A stretch of DNA of 64,000 nt from a virus (lineage: Duplodnaviria; Caudoviricetes): positions 1-64,000 of the IMG/VR virus record IMGVR_UViG_3300039165_000048; one strand, given 5' to 3'. Position 1 is the stretch's first letter. The number at the start of each line of letters is the position of its first letter. The translations under genes were made by a program, and so were the position numbers. The notes beneath the pieces were generated by a model. The model had not been told where the DNA came from. It searched no databases and saw nothing but the letters and a program-made list of their open reading frames with translations. Shown here in pieces: positions 58,202 to 64,000 of this stretch.

Positions 58202-58567
58202 TAAAAATAAATAAAAATAATAAAAAATACTAATTTTTTTTATTCTTTATTTTCTTTATTTTTTATATAGAACTCCAATGCTATCAACACAAATAATGCA
58301 AACATACCAACTATCGCAGCAAACGAATTCATTGATAGTATCATAAAAATGCAAAATACAAATAAAATAAATTGTATATAACCGATTATACTAATTGAAA
58401 TTGTCATAAATTCCTCGTATACTTTTTTATTTCTTATGCTAATACATTATGCAAGACTATTGGTATTACGAATATCATTACCACCAAAATAATTATTATC
58501 CAAATTCCATCTGAATCCAATCAAACCACCAACAAATATTATACTCCGTAGTATTAATAACTTTTGG

Positions 58568-60163
58568 TTAGCAAATCACTAACGCATCCAAAAACCATTT
58601 CTGGAAAAGATTTTTGTTTCTTGCGAGCAATGGTCCAAAACTTCCATCTAAAATATATGTCATGGAATTGTCTTTTGGTGTTCTGGTTGTTCGGCCACAA
58701 GCTTGTTGGACTTGAATAGCAACAGTTTTGGAATACCACATATAATTGTCATATTTGTTTCGTGCTTGTATCCAGTCGTCTCCAAGATTCGGAAAAGGAA
58801 CTTTGGCTACAATATTCATAGGATATTCTGGACCTTCCAGGTTTAGCCCTTGTTCAAATGCAACACTCAGGAAAATTGCATTATCTAATCGCATCCAATG
58901 TTTTAATACTTCATTTCGTTCACCGGGAAACTGCACCAAAACATTAGGTTGTAGCCTACATAAATGTTCATTAATGAGGTTTGCTATTTGGTAGTTTCCA
59001 CAATGAACTATTGATTTTTCTGAAAACATGTCATGGAGCTGGGATATTTTTTCAGCCATTGGTTTTGCAAATCGGAAACGTCCATCTTTTGTCATGGCGC
59101 CAACTGGATCGTAATATATGGTTCGACGATCAATTGGTATTGGATGCATAACGTCAACAGAAATTGCTTTGTTGGTTAGAAGTTCAGTTGTTGGCGTTCC
59201 TGATGCCAGAACCACGCAATCCAATTTCGCAACAAGGTCGGCAAACGGAACCTTACAGTCTAGTAGTTTAAAATAAGGACTAACCGTTAATTCTTTTCTG
59301 CGAGTACTAACATTGAATACTTCTTCGTTATCCGTTGTAAGTACATAAGGAACTTCCAGACTTAGGTATCGCAACGCCTGATTACAAGAATCTAAGTTGT
59401 TTCTATAATAGCTATATTCTTTTCGAACCTTCGATAGCATTTTTGTTTCGCGAGCAGTTAATTTTCTATTAGCACCTATAATGTCTTTTCGAACGTCCTT
59501 ACAATTTATGGTAACTTCTTTTAACTTTTTTTGCAACACTTGTGAATATTCATTGAGGTAATCCTTTATGTCTAATTTCAATAATTCCTTTTTTAGGAGT
59601 TCTTTTCTTTCTGCCAAGTTGGTTTTCTTAATAGCGATATTCAATTTTATTGTTGCGGAATCCAATAGAGCGTTCGGCAAATTTGTGGATTCATCGACTT
59701 CGAGGACTTTCGTGTCAAGGTAAAGACTTGGGTCTACTTGATACCGAGCAAATGTCGTTGCGCGGAAATTTGCTTTTTTGAAGGCAGCTTTTGCTATCCT
59801 ATATGGGCATTCAGAACACCGGGCAAAACCTGGTTCTCGTGAACCAAATGGACAATCCTCCGCGGTATATCCAGGAATTCCAAGACATTTATAATTGTGT
59901 TTACCAACTATTTTCGGAAGGCCGAAAAGGTTGCCTTCCTGGATTAATGAAACTTGCGGCGACGTGAACAAAATATTACTAACAAAATATTCTTTTTCTA
60001 ATATTTTTCCAAATATATATAAATCAAGAGTTTTTCCCGCAGCTGTTGGCGCATTTAAATTAATAATTTTGTTTCCTGATTCCCAAGATTTTAGCATTTG
60101 GGTTATTGCTTTTTCTTGACCTGGTCTAAAAGAAGGATAAACATTATATTTTTGTAAATTCAT
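58568..60163 (-). CDS. Second DinG/XPD-like helicase
   Basis: FRPGQ, NAPTAAGKT, VDES, ASGTPTT, QGLNL, QACGRTTR, YILD; start revised to ATG60163 (GAGGTG RBS). Confidence 0.85.
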   Translation of the reverse strand: MNLQKYNVYPSFRPGQEKAITQMLKSWESGNKIINLNAPTAAGKTLDLYIFGKILEKEYFVSNILFTSPQVSLIQEGNLFGLPKIVGKHNYKCLGIPGYTAEDCPFGSREPGFARCSECPYRIAKAAFKKANFRATTFARYQVDPSLYLDTKVLEVDESTNLPNALLDSATIKLNIAIKKTNLAERKELLKKELLKLDIKDYLNEYSQVLQKKLKEVTINCKDVRKDIIGANRKLTARETKMLSKVRKEYSYYRNNLDSCNQALRYLSLEVPYVLTTDNEEVFNVSTRRKELTVSPYFKLLDCKVPFADLVAKLDCVVLASGTPTTELLTNKAISVDVMHPIPIDRRTIYYDPVGAMTKDGRFRFAKPMAEKISQLHDMFSEKSIVHCGNYQIANLINEHLCRLQPNVLVQFPGERNEVLKHWMRLDNAIFLSVAFEQGLNLEGPEYPMNIVAKVPFPNLGDDWIQARNKYDNYMWYSKTVAIQVQQACGRTTRTPKDNSMTYILDGSFGPLLARNKNLFQKWFLDALVIC

Positions 60164-60203
60164 TTTTGACAAAATATACACCTCACGAATGGATAGTAGA
60201 AAT

Positions 60204-61420
60204 GTCAACTACCCGCCAATGAATTGGCAGGCTTGTAGCTGATGGTTAGTTAGCTCGCTACGATTGGCTGGTTGACGGACAGCCTGCTACGATCAGATCT
60301 ACTGAAGGTAGCGATGTTTCTGGATGCATTCAAATCAGCATCGATCTGGAAGCCGCAGCGTTTACATTTGAAGGTCCTACCATTACGGTTTTCTTTCTTT
60401 TGAAACCCACATTTAGAGCATGCACGAGAAGTATATCTTGGATCTATGGCAACTACCTTCTTTCCGATAGCAGCAGCTTTGTATTCTACGATACTTCGTA
60501 GTTCTGCAAAGCTCCATTTACCTAGCTTCTTATTCTTCTTACCGTTCCTGATGTGAGTTAGATCTTCCAGAGCAATTACGTCAAATGGTTTAGATAGTAT
60601 CCAGTTTGCGATTTGATGGTTACAGTCCTTCTGAAACAGTCTCTCTCGACCCGAAAGCTTCTGAAGCTTTCGTTTAGCTGATCGAGTGCCTATGGACTGA
60701 AGTTTTGATCTCAAATATTGATATTTGCCTTTAACCGCCTTAACAGGTCCAGACTCCCAAAACGTGTTATCGCTACATACTGCTATGTTATTGATTCCAA
60801 GATCTACACCAATCCTCCTATCCCCTGTGATGATTTCTGTATCAGGTTGCTCCACTTGAACGTTTAGGTAGCAAGCATTCTTGGTAATCTTTAACTGAGC
60901 ATTCGTGACTTTCCAAGTGGCATATTTCTGATAATAGTCTGCTAACTGGAAATCATATCGCAGTCTACCAAAAACAGTGGTGAGCTTGCAGTATCCAGAT
61001 TCCAAGAACACCTTCATGGTCCTAACGTCGAATCGGACAGCACCGAGAGGATGCTTGAAGGGCTTAGTTTCAAATTTGAGTCTCTTAAGCATGTCACTGG
61101 CTTGATCCCTCGCGGTTTGGATAAGGGCAGAAGGTAGTGTAGAATACTTCTCTCGGAGACCTTTGTATGTAGCTTTGTTGAGTCTGGTTTTGTTGTAATC
61201 ATGTGCCGCAAAGCCATAGTCTATGACATCCTGGCAGGCGGAATTCCAAAGCCGCGCTGTCTGGATCAGTTCATTAGACCTATCGAGCTTTATCTTAATA
61301 GTTCGGTACATGTTAATAGATAGTTAATACCTTTATTAGATTTATAGTTTTTGGTAATTAAACAAGGGCATGATTCATCCCACGACTGAAGTCGCGGGTA
61401 TTCTCTACCCCTTGACCCCG
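60204..61420 (-). mobile_element. Solo-tnpB (IS1341-like) element
   Basis: Left-end hairpin CCCGCGACTTCAGTCGTGGG; right-end hairpin CCTGCCAATTCATTGGCGGG then TAGTTGAC; no tnpA. Confidence 0.85.
60250..61311 (-). CDS. tnpB: TnpB RNA-guided endonuclease
   Basis: IGVDLGI, ALEDL, YTSRACSKCG..CKRCG, DADLNASRNI. Confidence 0.93.
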   Translation of the reverse strand: MYRTIKIKLDRSNELIQTARLWNSACQDVIDYGFAAHDYNKTRLNKATYKGLREKYSTLPSALIQTARDQASDMLKRLKFETKPFKHPLGAVRFDVRTMKVFLESGYCKLTTVFGRLRYDFQLADYYQKYATWKVTNAQLKITKNACYLNVQVEQPDTEIITGDRRIGVDLGINNIAVCSDNTFWESGPVKAVKGKYQYLRSKLQSIGTRSAKRKLQKLSGRERLFQKDCNHQIANWILSKPFDVIALEDLTHIRNGKKNKKLGKWSFAELRSIVEYKAAAIGKKVVAIDPRYTSRACSKCGFQKKENRNGRTFKCKRCGFQIDADLNASRNIATFSRSDRSRLSVNQPIVAS

Positions 61421-61449
61421 TTCTTCATAAAAAAATAAAATATGTTTTG

Positions 61450-62517
61450 TTATTCGCCTCGTTCCAATAAGTACTTTGTTGAAATTGCCTTAAATGATAA
61501 CCTCCCGATTTTGTAATCTGTGCTTTCGATTTCGGGTCGGAATACAAGACCTTCTCGCAATGTATCTGACAATACTGATTTTCCTGTTGCCATTTCAAGA
61601 AGATCATCTACGCTGTGATCCAAGGTTATTTGACCCAAATATGGAACCAGAAAATCTTTTCCTAGTCCAAATGAATCAACAGTATCCCACATAGTAGCAA
61701 CGTCAATATATTGGTGATTGGTCATGTCCCAGAAGTTAAATACGCGATATTGAATATCCGGTAACTTATATGGATTGCCTTGAATTCCGTTGCCAAACAA
61801 TTCACCTTGTATAGCGATTGTGCTGCCCAATTGTTTTAGGATTTCTTCTATGTTGTGATCAATTGCATATTTCCAGTATAAATCGCCATTCCATTTGTGC
61901 TCGACATCTGGAGCCAAATCCACGTTTCTTGAACAGACATGTAGCCCTGTTTCTGGATCTATATAGCAAGACATCGACGTGCCATCTAGTTTTTCTGTGA
62001 CATGAAATGTTTTGCCTTTATGTCTTTCAAGAACATCAGGAATGTTTTGAACCCGTGTCTCATCAGTTTTGGGAACTGCCAATCTAGAAATAGGACACCG
62101 TATTCTACCTCTAAGACTAACTGGAATCGGTTTCTCATATTTCGTGATGCCAAGAACATTTGTTACGTCGAACCCATTTTCTAGTTCATCGAACCCAAAT
62201 GGAACAGAATCCATACTATAATTTAGATTCCAATTACCATTATTCAAAACATCTAGCGGAAAGCATATTCCCTGGGAAATCTGACCTCGTAGTTTTGCAG
62301 TTCTGATTCTATAATGCTTATCTTTTAGGAATTCAAATTCAGGACGTTCCGGCAAAACAGAATCAACTTCACAATAAACGACTTTGTCTCCAACTTCAAA
62401 TTGTCCCTTTTTTACAACTACATTCCAGCCTTTTATTCGGGCAACTTCTATTTTATCCGCACCGCTAATTGGGTTTAGTTCGCTGATGGTTTCAATGGAT
62501 GCCAAAGTACGCGTCAT
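61450..62517 (-). CDS. RNA ligase (DRB0094/Rnl5-like)
   Basis: N-terminal OB-like IxGADKIE..GWNVVV..VYCEVDS; motif I EKLDGTS; QGEL; EGLV; FKAIS. Confidence 0.88.
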   Translation of the reverse strand: MTRTLASIETISELNPISGADKIEVARIKGWNVVVKKGQFEVGDKVVYCEVDSVLPERPEFEFLKDKHYRIRTAKLRGQISQGICFPLDVLNNGNWNLNYSMDSVPFGFDELENGFDVTNVLGITKYEKPIPVSLRGRIRCPISRLAVPKTDETRVQNIPDVLERHKGKTFHVTEKLDGTSMSCYIDPETGLHVCSRNVDLAPDVEHKWNGDLYWKYAIDHNIEEILKQLGSTIAIQGELFGNGIQGNPYKLPDIQYRVFNFWDMTNHQYIDVATMWDTVDSFGLGKDFLVPYLGQITLDHSVDDLLEMATGKSVLSDTLREGLVFRPEIESTDYKIGRLSFKAISTKYLLERGE

Positions 62518-62666
62518 GTTATGATATTATAGCTTCTATCTATTTATACTTTTTGGACGATGTATCATATTTTTATCACCTAGTCTGGCATTAAGCCACA
62601 ATAGCCATTGTGTCTAAGCATATCATGGCTTCCTGATTAATCATTTCTGTGAATCCATACATCCCA

Positions 62667-63071
62667 TCACCGCTTGTTTCGAACTACTGCCAACAACCCA
62701 TATCCAGTTATGTCCTGAAAGGCGTCTTCAGAACCCTGATTACCGTTGGCTATACGAAAAAGTTTATCGATGATACGTACAACCACTAATGCGTCTTCCA
62801 TTTGGTCAACGGAAATTCCATTTGGATACAAAACCTTTAAGATTTTTCCTGCATTTCCAAATGAATTACCGTATTGCAGTTGCTTTTCGGCAACAAGATT
62901 TCCGATAGCTTTAGCGGTGTTCTTGTAAATAGGATCTGGTTTTTGTTCCATATTATATCCATTTACGGTACAAGATACTGTATTTCTCAATTCACAATCC
63001 TTGCAATGCACTGGCAGGTCATATATGTTTTGTGTACATCCAACAGTCTTCCCATTTTCTAATATAATCAT
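62667..63071 (-). CDS. Nucleotide-modification-associated (DUF1599/MazG-like helical) protein
   Basis: EKQLQYGNSF...RIIDKLFRI...EDAFQDITGYGLL. Confidence 0.65.
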   Translation of the reverse strand: MIILENGKTVGCTQNIYDLPVHCKDCELRNTVSCTVNGYNMEQKPDPIYKNTAKAIGNLVAEKQLQYGNSFGNAGKILKVLYPNGISVDQMEDALVVVRIIDKLFRIANGNQGSEDAFQDITGYGLLAVVRNKR

Positions 63072-63117
63072 GGTTTACTCCTTTATGATTTTCTATTTAA
63101 ATAGTTTTTGGTCACCA

Positions 63118-63402
63118 TCATCGTTCCAATTTACTTTTTATGTATTCAATTGCTTTTTCGTTATCCTTGCACTGTGTCTTCAGCAAACTTTCAGACGATT
63201 CTTTTGTATTCCCGTCAACCACACAAGTTATATATTTTTCTTCTATTAAACTTAATGTAGCTTTTATTATTTCATTTTCTTCTTGTATTTCTTTTATGAA
63301 TTCTTCCCACGTGCTTTTTTCTGATACAAAATCAGCATCCATGTTAATAACATACATTTCATTGTTTATGTATACTTTTATAGTATTATATTCGTCTACC
63401 AT
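63118..63402 (-). CDS. Hypothetical protein
   Basis: Own promoter near 63456-63470. Confidence 0.55.
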   Translation of the reverse strand: MVDEYNTIKVYINNEMYVINMDADFVSEKSTWEEFIKEIQEENEIIKATLSLIEEKYITCVVDGNTKESSESLLKTQCKDNEKAIEYIKSKLER

Positions 63403-63651
63403 TTATATCATCTTCCAAATTTTCTCGTCATAAGCACATATTAATGTCTATATTATTTATAGTTTTTGGTTCTTGTATAAACCAAAAAGTACTTATACCA
63501 AAACATCCCATATAAACTTTGTGAAAACAATAATGGATTTTGATCATTAAGAACATATAGGAGAAATAATAATGAATAATGAACTTATTATAGGACATAT
63601 AAACACCATTGTACCAAAAATTTTAAATACTATTAATTACAATACGTTTTT

Positions 63652-64000
63652 ATGAAATTACTCGACCATTGCATAATATTTGCAACATATAAGCACTCCG
63701 GGCAACTAGACAAAGCAGGATTGCCGTATATTTACCATCCACTAAGAATTATGCTTAATAAAAACCTGACAACAGAAAACCAAAAATGCATTGCAATTTG
63801 TCACGACCTACTAGAAGATACGGATACAACCATTAAGGACCTTCATGACATTGGAATGCCAGATGATATGATAACCGCTGTTGTAGCATTGACTCATCTA
63901 AAAAATGAACCCAATGAAACATATTGGCAACGCATCTTAGATGAACCGAGCGGCGATGCGAGACTAATTAAACTCGTAGATATAGAAGATAATACATCTG
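63652..64000 (+). CDS. HD-domain (RelA/SpoT hydrolase, Mesh1-like) protein, runs off the window edge
   Basis: Translated by hand: MKLLDHCIIFATYKHSGQLDKAGLPYIYHPLRIM...IAICHDLLEDT...VVALTH...IKLVDIEDN; leaderless start after the promoter at 63613. Confidence 0.85.
   Translation, partial: MKLLDHCIIFATYKHSGQLDKAGLPYIYHPLRIMLNKNLTTENQKCIAICHDLLEDTDTTIKDLHDIGMPDDMITAVVALTHLKNEPNETYWQRILDEPSGDARLIKLVDIEDNTS

Overview
This window looks like part of a large AT-rich head-tailed (Caudoviricetes-type) virus genome with an archaeal host, probably a methanogen (inference). The host evidence is more than 20 BRE/TATA promoters of the form ACCAAAA-N2-3-TATA, GGTGA/GAGGTG ribosome-binding sites, archaeal-type PolB, PCNA, RFC, Hpt and ThyA, an RHH regulator and a TFB-like Zn ribbon. 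The window holds a head module (portal, MuF/gp7 minor head protein, a truncated repeat-domain head gene and a displaced terminase), a replication module, nucleotide-metabolism and DNA-methylation genes, an RNA ligase, two DinG-like helicases, many small accessory ORFs and four IS200/IS605-family pieces (tnpA+tnpB, solo tnpB, an IscB remnant and an orphan TnpB right end). The most striking feature lies between the portal and the next head gene: up to seven ADP-ribosyltransferase-like domains, four inside a MuF polyprotein and three as stand-alone genes. Each is preceded by the same KLNY[NK]C-x10-12-C tag and no immunity genes are visible, which suggests a modular set of effectors packaged in the virion and released by a protease. 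Two non-coding systems also stand out: four promoter-proximal hairpin RNAs that keep one fold despite divergent sequence, and a ~250-nt multi-domain RNA with an anti-Shine-Dalgarno loop and a kissing-loop pair. All family assignments come from reading motifs by eye; no database searches or folding programs were run.
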